A DNA stretch of 32,000 nt from Trichodesmium erythraeum IMS101 (GCF_000014265.1 NC_008312.1:6420001-6452000), one strand, 5' to 3'; positions 18,494 through 27,794 are shown, counted from the first letter of the stretch. A program made the numbers and translations. Notes: generated by a model from the letters alone, not told the origin.

Positions 18494-18844
18494 TTAAGAA
18501 TTTTTCCCAGAAGCTGTTATACTAGAAGCTAAAGGTTCAGGAATAGTTTCTGAGGGTGCTTGAAATGCTCCTGTAATTACAAACTCTAAGCGTAATTTTA
18601 ACCAATCAATAAATTGACGATTAGTAGAAATAATTGCTGCTGCTGGTTGAGGGCATTTTTCTTTGATGTTAGCTAGATCAGAAGCTTCTAAAAAAGCAGG
18701 TTGAGAAACTAACCAAAAATCAATTTCTTTTTCCTTCTCATGATAATCTCTTGTACGCTCTCTGAGTACTTCTTCTAGGGGTTCTTCCTCAAGTAAAAAT
18801 TTTTTACTAGCTAAGACGTAATAATAAGTTTTCATTTGCATCAA
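18494..18844 (-). CDS. ycf54: Ycf54-like protein (DUF2488; Mg-protoporphyrin monomethyl ester cyclase accessory factor)
   Basis: The 116-aa sequence KTYYYVLASKKFLLEEEPLEEVLRERTRDYHEKEKEIDFWLV...WLKLRLEFVITGAFQAPSE matches my recollection of cyanobacterial Ycf54. Confidence 0.65.
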   Translation of the reverse strand: MMQMKTYYYVLASKKFLLEEEPLEEVLRERTRDYHEKEKEIDFWLVSQPAFLEASDLANIKEKCPQPAAAIISTNRQFIDWLKLRLEFVITGAFQAPSETIPEPLASSITASGKNS

Positions 18845-18868
18845 TTTTTTATAAATTGAAATTAGTAA

Positions 18869-19591
18869 TTAGAACTTGCCATTAATAGCAAGCTTCATTT
18901 CACGGACAGCTCGCTCCATACCCACGAGTACCGCCTTAGAAACAATTGTATGACCAATGTTGAGTTCTTCCATGCCTTTTAGACAAGCAACTGAATAAAC
19001 ATTCTCATAAGTGAGGCCATGTCCAGCATTTACCCGAAGACCATGATTAATAGCTATGTTGCATCCATCTGCCAAAATAGTTAATTCTTTGTGGCGTGTG
19101 GCCTCATTTTTAGCTTCAGCATAAGATCCTGTATGGAGTTCAATAAACTTGGCCTCAATTTGGGCGGAAGCTTCTATCTGTAGTCTTTCGGGATCAATAA
19201 ACATACTCACAGGAATACCCACTCCTTGTAACTGGGCTACAACTTTCCTCATTTGGGAGAGATTTCCTGCTACATCTAAACCACCTTCTGTCGTCACTTC
19301 TTCTCGGCGTTCTGGTACCAGAGTAATATAGTCCGGTTTAATTTCCAGAGCGATCGCCACCATTTCATCAGTAGGGGCCATTTCGAGATTCAAATGAGTC
19401 TGCACTGTTTGTCGGAGAATATGGACATCTCGTTCTTGAATGTGGCGACGATCTTCCCGTAGATGGACAGTAATGCCATCAGCACCAGCTAGTTCAGCTA
19501 AAACTGCTGCTGCTACCGGGTCAGGTTCTACAGTTTGTCGCGCTTGTCTAATTGTAGCAACATGATCTATATTGACGCCAAGAGTGGGCAA
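18869..19591 (-). CDS. pdxJ: pyridoxine 5'-phosphate synthase
   Basis: 240-aa [37 protein letters not shown] and NAGHGL are PdxJ signatures. Confidence 0.95.
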   Translation of the reverse strand: MPTLGVNIDHVATIRQARQTVEPDPVAAAVLAELAGADGITVHLREDRRHIQERDVHILRQTVQTHLNLEMAPTDEMVAIALEIKPDYITLVPERREEVTTEGGLDVAGNLSQMRKVVAQLQGVGIPVSMFIDPERLQIEASAQIEAKFIELHTGSYAEAKNEATRHKELTILADGCNIAINHGLRVNAGHGLTYENVYSVACLKGMEELNIGHTIVSKAVLVGMERAVREMKLAINGKF

Positions 19592-20261
19592 TTTTTTCTT
19601 CTCCTGATTAATTTAAGCATCATATCCCTATTATATAAAACATCTCCCAAAATACCTATTTAGGTACAGCGGTGTAAGGGGTAAGGGAACCTTTTCTGGA
19701 TCGGTTGAAGCGAGTGCGTCGGCGCAGCCACCGGAAGAAGTCAAATCTGTGTGTGTGTAAGTCTTACTACAAGCTTTCTGAGATTTCCCAAGTTACAGAA
19801 ACTGAGGTAGTTGGTGGATAATCTTAATAAGTTCTAATTAAGGAATTTTGAGTATCAAGCCTGCCCCTAGTCTTGTAGTTTGCTCTTGAAGAGTAGGCTG
19901 AAAATTATTAGAATATTTTAAAAGCCAGGTTCATAAATTTAGTTCAAACTAAAAACTACTTGTTTTTGGTAAAATCTGGAAAATACTTTTTCTTAATAAT
20001 TAAGACATTGAAATGAAAAATATAGCTATAGCTAATTAACATTTTTATTAATAGAGTTGTTTGGTGTGGGCAAATTTAAAATGCTCAAAAGCTTACTATA
20101 TAAAGTTTTTATGATCTTGGATATAAAAGTGCTATAAACTTTAACTGATAAGGGTTTTAGCTATTTGTTTTCCAAAATTACCAATAACTCTAATTATGGT
20201 ATCAAAGCTTAATAATTAATAAAAATGTTAACTATTTAGTTGTAAATTAGGAACTGTAATT

Positions 20262-20534
20262 ATGCAAGTCTCACAAAATTGCCTAGATTTAATCAAAAAA
20301 TGGGAAGGATTTTCTCTGAATGCTTATATAGATCCAGTAGGAATAGCAACTATTGGGTATGGAAGCATTCGTTATCCCAATGGAGAAAAAGTTCGTCTAG
20401 GAGATAGAATTTCAGAAAGAGATGCAGAAGGATATCTGGGTTTTGAATGTAAGAAAATAGCACTAGAAATTTCTAAATTAATCAAAGTTCCTGTTAATCA
20501 AAACCAATTTGATGCTCTAGTATCTTTTTCTTAT
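20262..20534 (+). CDS. exon 1 of split cell-wall hydrolase gene (N-lobe of GH24 T4-type lysozyme domain)
   Basis: KKWEGFSLNAYIDPVGIATIGYG carries the Glu/Asp/Thr catalytic positions of T4-type lysozymes. Homology ends at ...NQFDALVSFSY. The last 5 codons plus stop of the ORF-track call (VRLVG*) are intron sequence. Confidence 0.85.
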
Positions 20535-21132
20535 GTGCGACTCGTTGGCTAGTAAAAACTGCTTAAAAGCAGCTATAGCAAGCCTTCCAGGTTTTTAAAT
20601 GAAGTGAGTAACTTCAACCTGTGAAAACTCTTATGTCCTTAGTGGTGAAATTCCACCGCCTTGTTGTTGGGTAGAAAGCATAGGCCACGGAGTAGAGACT
20701 GAACATCAATCTCCGAAGCTGGCTTAAATGCGGGAAGATAATAGTTGCCAACGAAAATACCGCTAGCAGAGACTGACAAGTGGACGAATAGGAAGGTAAT
20801 AAAACTCTCGTAAAAGATGGCCATTCCGAAGGTAGCTATGGAATGTAGGACGAAAGTTAGAGGGTTAATGGGTATAGATATATAAGAGTCTATATCAACA
20901 ACCAATACGCACCCTCCGGGAGATTTTACCCCACTAAATCAGTTGTAATAAAGGCATAAGGGAACGAGAAAACCTCCCCAAGACACCTAAGAATATGGGT
21001 CGAGAACTTAGGAAGCCATTCAAGGTTAATCTACGCACTTAGTCGTAGGTCTTAGGGAGAGTAGGATTGGGTAAAAAGCATATCTATGCAGACGTACCCA
21101 CTGTTAGACGTAATGTGAGGTAACAACTAGCA

Positions 21133-21830
21133 ATGAATAAAGCTAAAACACTAAAAAGACATAATGGTAATCCTAATCTCTTTTTAAGTGTGGCATGGGA
21201 TACAGACGATACACTGTCCCAAATTAGTATTAATCCTAATTTCAGCTGGAGAGATATTGATGGGAAACGGGCCCAGAAGAATGTATCTAAGTTGCAAAAG
21301 TTAATTTACATAGCATCCAGCCGTGGCAAAATCCCCAAGATGCGTAAATAGCAAAAACTTCTGACCAAAAGTTATTACTCCTTGTCCCTAGCTTTTAGGC
21401 CCGTGATACAGGTAGACCCGGGGAAGAAAACTGCTGGTATGAACTGAATTAAAAAGCTTCCTCCAATGCAGAGATTTAACTTGGTTGATTCGATTAGCAG
21501 AATTAGTAAATATTCTGGTGTAAGGAAAGAAGTTACGATGCTGTTAAATTGGCAAAAGAATAAATGCGCATCTTATGGATTAACTTTTAGACCAACTGAC
21601 CTAATTGAATTGGACTATTTAATGCTTATTAATGTTTAGGTCTAAAGGTGGTGACAATATATAGAGGAATAAACAGTTGTTGCACCGACATTGTCACGAT
21701 ACTAAAACTGCTTTAGACAAGAAAACATATTTAAAAACAAGGCTACAGGAATTACTTGATGATTATCTGTGGGTTGACAATATGTTGGCGCTAAGGTGGG
21801 GATGTACCTTTTAATTGGGGCGTTTAAGAG
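21133..21830 (+). pseudogene. degraded group II intron reverse transcriptase/maturase (IEP) remnant
   Basis: The 72-aa ORF (..WRDIDGKRAQKNVSKLQKLIYIASSRGKIPKMRK) corresponds to the IEP N-terminus. It continues with stops as QKLL..GKKTAGMN*IKKLPPMQRFNL (RT0). It then jumps to an HNH remnant, SKGGDNI*RNKQLLHRHCHDTKTALD (~21641..21720). No YADD or RT1-7 or X domain is seen. Confidence 0.8.
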
Positions 21831-21832
21831 AG

Positions 21833-21921
21833 GAGCCGTGTGAGGTGAAAGTCTCACGCACGGTTTTGAAGACCAGCAGACACTATAAAGAGTGATCGGA
21901 AATGGGTTTGCTGAGTTTAAC
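21833..21921 (+). ncRNA. group II intron domains V and VI (catalytic core and branch site)
   Basis: Domain V, GAGCCGTGTGAGGTGAAAGTCTCACGCACGGTTT, is a 34-nt hairpin with a GAAA tetraloop matching the DV consensus GAGCCGUAUG..GAAA..CAUACGGUUC. Domain VI pairs GACCAGCA with TGCTG[A]GTT, leaving unpaired A 21914 seven nt before the 3' end. Confidence 0.85.
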
Positions 21922-23136
21922 AATGTAGGAACTGGCGCATTTCAAAGTAGTACCTTATTAAAAAAACTAAATCAAGGAGATTATCAAGGAGCAGCTAATG
22001 AATTTTCTCGTTGGGTAAATGGGGTGGTTAATGGTGTCAAGCAATCACTACCTGGTTTAGTATCTCGTCGTGCTGATGAAAAGAGGTTATTTCTTAAAGC
22101 TGGAGGAGAGAAAAAACCTTTAGAAGATGAAATTTCCAAACAAGATAAAGTAACTTGGTTAGAAGGATATCGTGATGAAAATAAGAAAACTGTAGTTGTA
22201 GCTTGGAATGGGGGTAAAGTAGAAGAAATTTTAACTCTAGAAAAGTTTAATAAAGAGTTATTGGCTAATGTTTTTCCTCAGTATAAAAATGCTAGGTATT
22301 ATGTCACTGCTCCTGGTAATAAACGAATTCCTCCTGGTGAAAGAATTTCAGTTTTTGAAATTTCGGATATATATAATTCTGATAAACTTCCAAAACTCAA
22401 TCGTGTACTAGTGCGAGGGAGTGAAGGTAGTGATGTGAAAATTTTACAAGAGAGATTGAAGGATTTAGGTTATTATCTAGGAGAACTTGATGCTATTTTT
22501 GGTAGGCAAACTGAGCTTGCAGTTATTGATTTTAAAAAAGATTATTTTGGAATCACAACAGATAATGCAACAGTAGAGTCCATAACTTGGAAAAAATTAT
22601 GGGGAGATCCTCTACCTAAACCTCCCGTCTTACCACCCACGTCAAAGAAAAATTATCTACTATTAACAAAGACAAGTCGTAAAGATAGATATGGATGTTA
22701 TGTACTTCACTTAGACTATTTTAAAAGTGGCAAGCTAGAGGACAGGTTAGAAGTTTGTTGCGGTGCCCCTGGAAGGCAATTTTTCCGTACCGCTGCTCGG
22801 AGTCGGGCAATGACTGGAGAACCATTACCAGAGGGAAAGTGGTACATTAATGATATTATTTGGGCTGATGGTCAAGATAATTATTATGGTCAAATTTTTC
22901 AAAGTGGTATTGGCCCTGTAACAGTTCCCTTAGACTATATAGAACCTGGCACAACTGAAAGAAGCGCGATTGAAATTCATATTGACTGGAATCGAAATTA
23001 TGGTTCTCCTGGTACTGTTGGTTGTATAGCTACTTACAACATAGCTGATTATAAAAGGTTTATTACTTGGTTAAGGGATACAGATCCACGGGATCTTTAT
23101 GTTGACTGGAAATTAGGGACTTCTCCTAAACCTTAG
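21922..23136 (+). CDS. exon 2 of split cell-wall hydrolase gene (lysozyme C-lobe, linker, PG_binding_1-like domain, YkuD/Tlde1-like C-terminal domain)
   Basis: Resumes NVGTGAFQSSTLLKKLNQGDYQGAANEFSRWV...GLVSRRADEKRLF (GH24 C-lobe). GSDVKILQERLKDLGYYLGELDAIFGRQTELAVIDFKK is a peptidoglycan-binding repeat. The C-terminus GEPLPEGKWYI...IEIHIDWNRNYGSPGTVGCIA shows a His...GC pattern. The ORF-track start at 21892 lies inside the intron. Confidence 0.82.
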   Translation, partial: NVGTGAFQSSTLLKKLNQGDYQGAANEFSRWVNGVVNGVKQSLPGLVSRRADEKRLFLKAGGEKKPLEDEISKQDKVTWLEGYRDENKKTVVVAWNGGKVEEILTLEKFNKELLANVFPQYKNARYYVTAPGNKRIPPGERISVFEISDIYNSDKLPKLNRVLVRGSEGSDVKILQERLKDLGYYLGELDAIFGRQTELAVIDFKKDYFGITTDNATVESITWKKLWGDPLPKPPVLPPTSKKNYLLLTKTSRKDRYGCYVLHLDYFKSGKLEDRLEVCCGAPGRQFFRTAARSRAMTGEPLPEGKWYINDIIWADGQDNYYGQIFQSGIGPVTVPLDYIEPGTTERSAIEIHIDWNRNYGSPGTVGCIATYNIADYKRFITWLRDTDPRDLYVDWKLGTSPKP

Positions 23137-23146
23137 TTAAGATTAT

Positions 23147-23173
23147 GGTGCGTTACGCTTGGCGCTTCGCACC
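23147..23173. terminator. GC-rich hairpin between convergent genes (possible bidirectional terminator)
   Basis: GGTGCG-TTA-CGC-TTG-GCG-CTT-CGCACC forms a stem with a symmetric internal loop, followed by TCGCTTTTG. It lies between the hydrolase stop (23136) and the SPFH stop (23191). Confidence 0.45.
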
Positions 23174-23190
23174 TCGCTTTTGAGTTGATA

Positions 23191-24000
23191 TTAATCAACT
23201 TTTTTTAGTTCTATTTCACCATCATCAGGATATTCTCCAATTAATTCACCCACTCCTTCTGACATAGTCCTCGGGTGCATAAATACTACTTTAGAATTAG
23301 CACTTTCACTTAATTTATGATTAATTTCTATGTATCTTTGAGCAATCAGAAATTTTATAAATTCCGGACTGTCTGGAGACAAGTTTAAAGTTTCAGAAAG
23401 AAGCTTGATAGACTCTGCCTCTGCTTGAGCTTTAGAAAGAACAGTTTGCTTCTGACTTAAAGCTACTCTTTCCGACTCCATCGCTATTCGCAATTTTTCA
23501 GGAAAAACAATATTCTGAATCTCAACACGAATCACTTTTACCCCCCAGTTATAAGTTGCTTCATCTAATTTTTTCAGCAAGGCTTTATCAATATCATCTT
23601 TTGTAGACAAAACTTGTCGCAATGGCAAGCGACCAATTTGAGAACGCAGAGAAGTTAAAACAATTTCTTGAATAGCATTTTCTACATTTTCAATTGCATA
23701 ATACGCTCTCTCTATGTCTATGATCTGCCAGTACAGTACTGCATCTACTTTCAAAGTCAAGTTATCATTAGTAATAACTGACTGCTCAGGAATATCCAAA
23801 ACTCGTTCACGAATTGTATCAACATAAGTTATTCTCTCTACTAGGGGTACAACAAACTGAAGTCCTGGCTTTAAAGTACGTCTATATTTACCTAAGCGTT
23901 CTACTAACGCTTCATCCCCTTGGCTAATAACTTTTACTGAGGAGTTAACTGTATAACTAACAATTGCGGTTGCTATCACAGGAATAATATATTGGAGCAT
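23191..24000 (-). CDS. SPFH/band 7 (stomatin/prohibitin-like) membrane protein
   Basis: 269-aa ORF with an N-terminal TM segment. SPFH core motifs include VPLVERI..VD.RE....P.Q.VIT.DN..L.VDAVLYWQI.D...A.Y.I.N and WGVKVIRVEIQNI. Confidence 0.85.
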   Translation of the reverse strand: MLQYIIPVIATAIVSYTVNSSVKVISQGDEALVERLGKYRRTLKPGLQFVVPLVERITYVDTIRERVLDIPEQSVITNDNLTLKVDAVLYWQIIDIERAYYAIENVENAIQEIVLTSLRSQIGRLPLRQVLSTKDDIDKALLKKLDEATYNWGVKVIRVEIQNIVFPEKLRIAMESERVALSQKQTVLSKAQAEAESIKLLSETLNLSPDSPEFIKFLIAQRYIEINHKLSESANSKVVFMHPRTMSEGVGELIGEYPDDGEIELKKVD

Positions 24001-24889
24001 AATTTAGGGTTGAGAATAATGGTTAATTTTCTTAATCCTAGCATTTTCTTGAGACTAGGAAGTAGAATTTTAGAGACAAAAATTTTTCCCTATTTGTAAA
24101 GGAATTGTTAAAAACGTTGCTTTTAGCTCACATCTCTTTGAATAACTACCCCGGGAAAATTTTAGGTACTGGGGAAAAAGGTAACAATTGATGGGAGAAA
24201 AGCATTTTTATTATTACTAATTAATGGGCAGTAATTAGGCAAAAACAATATATGTAGCGTAGTAATTTGTGGCTATACTAGAGAAATTAGATATAATTTG
24301 CTGCTTTCGGTAGTTCAATATGACTCCCATTCCAGTGACAATATTTCTATGATTTTTTCCAATCTAAATTATGATAAAGTGTAATGATTAACTACACAAA
24401 ATATTTCAATTATTAGAGAATCAAATTATTCTTTAGTATTTGGAAACAATGAATTTGAATTATATTGGTTCTTGTCAGTATTTACTCTCATTTTACACAA
24501 ATTTTACTATGACAAATTTGGCTAATTATCTGGAAAAAGTGAGTTCTGATACAATTAATTATTTGAAGTTTTGAAACTTTGAAATCGCAAAATTTATGGT
24601 TAAATGCCCAAGAATAAATTGTTAATAAAACAGGAAGAAGTATATCTAATTTTTGATGATACAGTTATAGTGATCGCTCCCCGTGGTTTTAGCCGTATCC
24701 CATAAAGCAGATAATGAAGATAGTCTAATTGGTCATACCCTGTATATATTATCTTTGCATAAGTCCTGATGTATACACTACTTTGATATCCATCTTAATT
24801 AGTGTAATTTAAAGCATTGATAAATAGATTTTCAAGGGTTATATAGTAAATTTATATGGGGTTCTATTAATCCATCCTACCTTTAATTT

Positions 24890-25957
24890 TTAATTTTTTC
24901 TTAAACTACCTCGTTTCATTTGTTCCCTTTCAATAGCTTCAAATAAAGCTTGAAAATTACCTTGACCAAAACCTGGTGTCTGAATTTGTTTACCATTTAC
25001 CCAAACAACTTTACGTTCAATAAACTCAAAAAATACTGTTGGTTGGTTAAATATTGGTTGTGTAAAAATTTGTAGTAACATTGCTCCTGGTATTTTTTCT
25101 TGCCAGTCTACCAAAATTTGACAATTTTGAACTTTCTGCCAGTCAGTTTCTGATAGATGACTTAATGCTTCTGTTTGTAGACTATAGTAATATGTTTTTG
25201 GAACTTGTAAAAAAGGTAAACCAAGCGATCGCAACTCTCCGACCACCCCCAAAATATTTTCTGTATGTAAAGCAATGTGTTGTATTCCCGCACCAGAATT
25301 AGCATCCAAAAATTCCTGAATTTGAGAACTATCAGATGTAGGCTCATTAATAGGAAATTTGACTTCTCCCTCTGGGTGTATCATCACTAGACTACGCAAA
25401 CCTGATTTATTTGTCTGAATGTCAAAATTTTGATGGGGTTGGAAATTGAAAATTTGATGATACCAATTGAAAGCAGGTTCTAAATTGTCTTTAGCTACAT
25501 TTAAAACTACATGATCGATCACCATAAGATCCGTAGAAAGTTGAGAAGTAGAATTCAAAATTTTTGCATCATCAATTTTTTCTATCAAAGTATGAGTTAA
25601 GTCTCCCCATCCAGAAATTTTCGCCCATTTTAAACCGTTTAAGTTTTCCTGAATAGGTTGCAAAATTTCTGCTCCATTAGCTGCCGCATTTGCCACAACT
25701 GAGGTAATATCTCGAACTCGAAAAGCTACATCAGCGACTCCGGGAGGATGTAAGCTCAGAAAATTGGTAACAGGACTTGCTGGTGTGATGGCAGAAGATA
25801 AGGCAAAATATACTTGACCCCTGTTAATAATTTCCTTCTGGGTATGTTGACTGGTTTTAGAAGCAATGGCTTTAAAACCTAATTTTTCTCTAAACCAGTC
25901 TCTGGACTCTATAGCATTTTCAACGTAGAAATGAATGTGATCGAACTGCATAATCAA
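24890..25957 (-). CDS. hppD: 4-hydroxyphenylpyruvate dioxygenase
   Basis: 355-aa ORF with two VOC-fold halves (FDHIHFYV.., IDHVVLNV..). It has GIQHIAL, LLQIFT and the C-terminal FFEFIERK....GFGQGNFQALFEAIEREQ motif typical of HPPD. Confidence 0.85.
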   Translation of the reverse strand: MIMQFDHIHFYVENAIESRDWFREKLGFKAIASKTSQHTQKEIINRGQVYFALSSAITPASPVTNFLSLHPPGVADVAFRVRDITSVVANAAANGAEILQPIQENLNGLKWAKISGWGDLTHTLIEKIDDAKILNSTSQLSTDLMVIDHVVLNVAKDNLEPAFNWYHQIFNFQPHQNFDIQTNKSGLRSLVMIHPEGEVKFPINEPTSDSSQIQEFLDANSGAGIQHIALHTENILGVVGELRSLGLPFLQVPKTYYYSLQTEALSHLSETDWQKVQNCQILVDWQEKIPGAMLLQIFTQPIFNQPTVFFEFIERKVVWVNGKQIQTPGFGQGNFQALFEAIEREQMKRGSLRKN

Positions 25958-26478
25958 CTTTTATTATTCAATCAAAATATTATTTGGAGAAAATAAATAT
26001 TGTTACAAGTATAGCGCTACCTGCTAACGTTATGACATTTTGAGATTCCTCAACAACCTTTTTGGAGAATTAAAAGTTTTCAAGTGTCCCAAAGTCTTTT
26101 TGTACTGCTATATTAGGTAAGCTGTTAACTATTTAGATTCCTTATTCTAATAACAACCAATTAAAGCGAAAGTTTTGTACAGTAAGGATTTATCTATTGT
26201 CCTAAAATTTACAATAAGTTGTTTAAATGCTTAATAGTTTAATAGGTTTTAAGTAGTAGTTGAGTAAAACGGCTAAAATCTTGGAATAGTAGGGGGTGGG
26301 TTTATAATTCAAATAAATAAGATTGAACTAATAGATTATATGAAACCGCTCCCAAGGATATAATGCCAAAACTAGTTGTATTAGTCCAGTAGGTAAATCC
26401 TAAGCAAAGGACAAAAAGCTTGACTTTCAGAATAAGAGAAGGTTTCATAGAACTTAAAAACCATAATGTCCATGAAAT

Positions 26479-27065
26479 ATGAATATCAATAATATTAAAA
26501 TAACATCATTTTACTACAAAAAACTTCTAAATTACAACTTTTCTTGCCATGGAGCCAGAATCAAATTTATCCCTTTATTTATCTAGGCCATATTTCAAGT
26601 CAAAAGTATTAACCAAGTACAAATAGCAACTTCATTCTCATCTAATGCTCAAGTAAGTTCTAATTACAAACCATTACCAAGGTTGTTCCCTCACTTTGAC
26701 ATAGATACCAGAGAGTTCCTCCAGACTGTAATTGCCATTATGAACTGCTCACAAAAATGGGTTTTGAGTAATTACTGAACTCAATGGCAGCTTGGAAAAC
26801 ATAGATACAACATTCTGTTGTTAGGAATTGTTGCTCAGAGCTTGGTAATTCCGATAATTTGGGATATTTTGCTGAAAAAAGGAAATTTCCAAACTACTAA
26901 ACGAATAGATGTAATGGAGAAATTTTCTGCCTTATTAGGTAAGGAGCGAGTAGCATACCTAACAGGAGATAGAGAATTTCTAGGTAAACAATAGTTAAAA
27001 TATCTTTCGTTTAATTGGGAGCTTCCTATCACCATTCGTCACACAGACTTAATTGGTAATGGATA
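26479..27065 (+). pseudogene. IS4-family transposase pseudogene fragment
   Basis: Translation with stops reads ...GARIKFIPLFI*AIFQVKSINQVQIATSF....TQWQLGKHRYNILLLGIVAQSLVIPIIWDILLKKGNFQTTKRIDVMEKFSALLGKERVAYLTGDREFLGKQ*LKYL. This resembles cyanobacterial IS4-type transposases (..W.fG..niN.l.LGi...vaiPl.w..L.kkGNS...eRi.l...f......i..LlaDREF.G..W). It is truncated at ~27065. Confidence 0.6.
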
Positions 27066-27066
27066 A

Positions 27067-27546
27067 TTATTTACCTTTAAGGGTGATTTTTAAGGAGTTT
27101 AGCTGTTTTACAACCACCATAGCCATATACCTCCCCCTTTTTGCTGTTGTTTTTACTCTATGAGAATCAACAACTGCTGCAGTAGGTTCCTGATGTCGTG
27201 CTTCTTTGACTCTTCTCTCTTGCCGTAGAGTATTATTAATTTGTTCCCAAATACCATATCCGTGGCATTTACGAAATTTTTTTGACACAGTTTGCCAAGG
27301 TAGTAGCTTCTGGGAGAAAGAACCCCAATGATAACCAGAGTAAAGGATCTAGGATATAGAATATACTATTTACTACTTCTGTGAGATTAGTATTTGCTTT
27401 GGGCCCTGGTTGAGAGAAGTTTCGGTAGCAGAGGTTCGAGTAGTTCCCAGTGGCGGTGGTTTAGAGCCCTGGCTAAGTTTTTTTTATTTTCCTACCTTCA
27501 ATACTTCTTCATGGGCATCTTTAGCTTTTTTTTTACAAACAGTCTC
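27067..27546 (-). pseudogene. IS5-family transposase pseudogene fragment with one terminal end
   Basis: Minus-strand translation from ATG 27518 reads ..HWELLEPLLPK..., then TNLTEVVNSIFYIL.., then LPWQTVSKKFRKCHGYGIWEQI...PTAAVVDSHRVKTT.KRG across frames. This matches the IS5/IS1031-group N-terminal half. It is cut off at 27067, where it abuts the IS4 fragment. Confidence 0.6.
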
Positions 27547-27794
27547 TAATTAGATAACGATTATTAGGATAAAAACTTAATTAATTTTTAAGGATTCGGC
27601 GATCGCGATTTTTAAGCGGTAATGACAAACCTGATAGTTCCTTGTACGCAAACTTAAAAAATAAATAGCTTTTAAAAATATCATAAAAAACTTTTATAAT
27701 AGGAATTTTATGAACATATTCTATATAATCTGAGAAACCGGCCGTGGGAGTCCGTAAGTTCTAAATATCTTATTCGGTCATTTACTCCCTACTT

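Larger units (their letters stand above)
20535..21921 (+). mobile_element. group II intron (1387 nt) with degenerate intron-encoded protein
   Basis: Starts GTGCGAC and ends ...GTTTAAC. Domain V lies at 21833..21866 and domain VI has a bulged A at 21914. Candidate EBS1 ATAAGA (20882..20887) complements exon TCTTAT (20529..20534). Candidate EBS2 AAAAGAT (20812..20818) complements ATCTTTT (20522..20528). Domain IV holds RT/HNH ORF remnants. Confidence 0.88.

Noticed and set aside
19650-19760. GC-rich island (ggtgtaaggggtaagggaacc...gcgtcggcgcagccaccggaagaag...gtgtgtgtgt) upstream of pdxJ, considered as a tRNA, ncRNA or gene fragment
   Set aside because: No cloverleaf, no convincing extended hairpin and no recognisable translated motif in any frame. 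It is probably a decayed copy of a GC-rich dispersed repeat. Left unassigned.
20639-20905. 88-aa minus-strand ORF between the two lysozyme ORFs
   Set aside because: It lies entirely within domain I of the group II intron, antisense to it, and resembles no known protein. It is most likely a chance ORF in structured RNA-coding DNA.
21892-21921. GTG start and first 10 codons (MIGNGFAEFN) of the 414-aa ORF-track call
   Set aside because: These codons overlap intron domain VI. Lysozyme homology begins only at NVGTG (21922), so this start is an ORF-finder artefact and not a real N-terminus.
24001-24889. An 890-bp gap upstream of the SPFH gene, examined for a decayed NfeD partner gene or a transposase scrap (QEEVYLIFDDTVIVIAPRGF at ~24630..24700)
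   Set aside because: Six-frame reading gave no NfeD-like OB-domain remnant. The DDT-containing scrap is too short to assign. Reported only as a gene-free gap.
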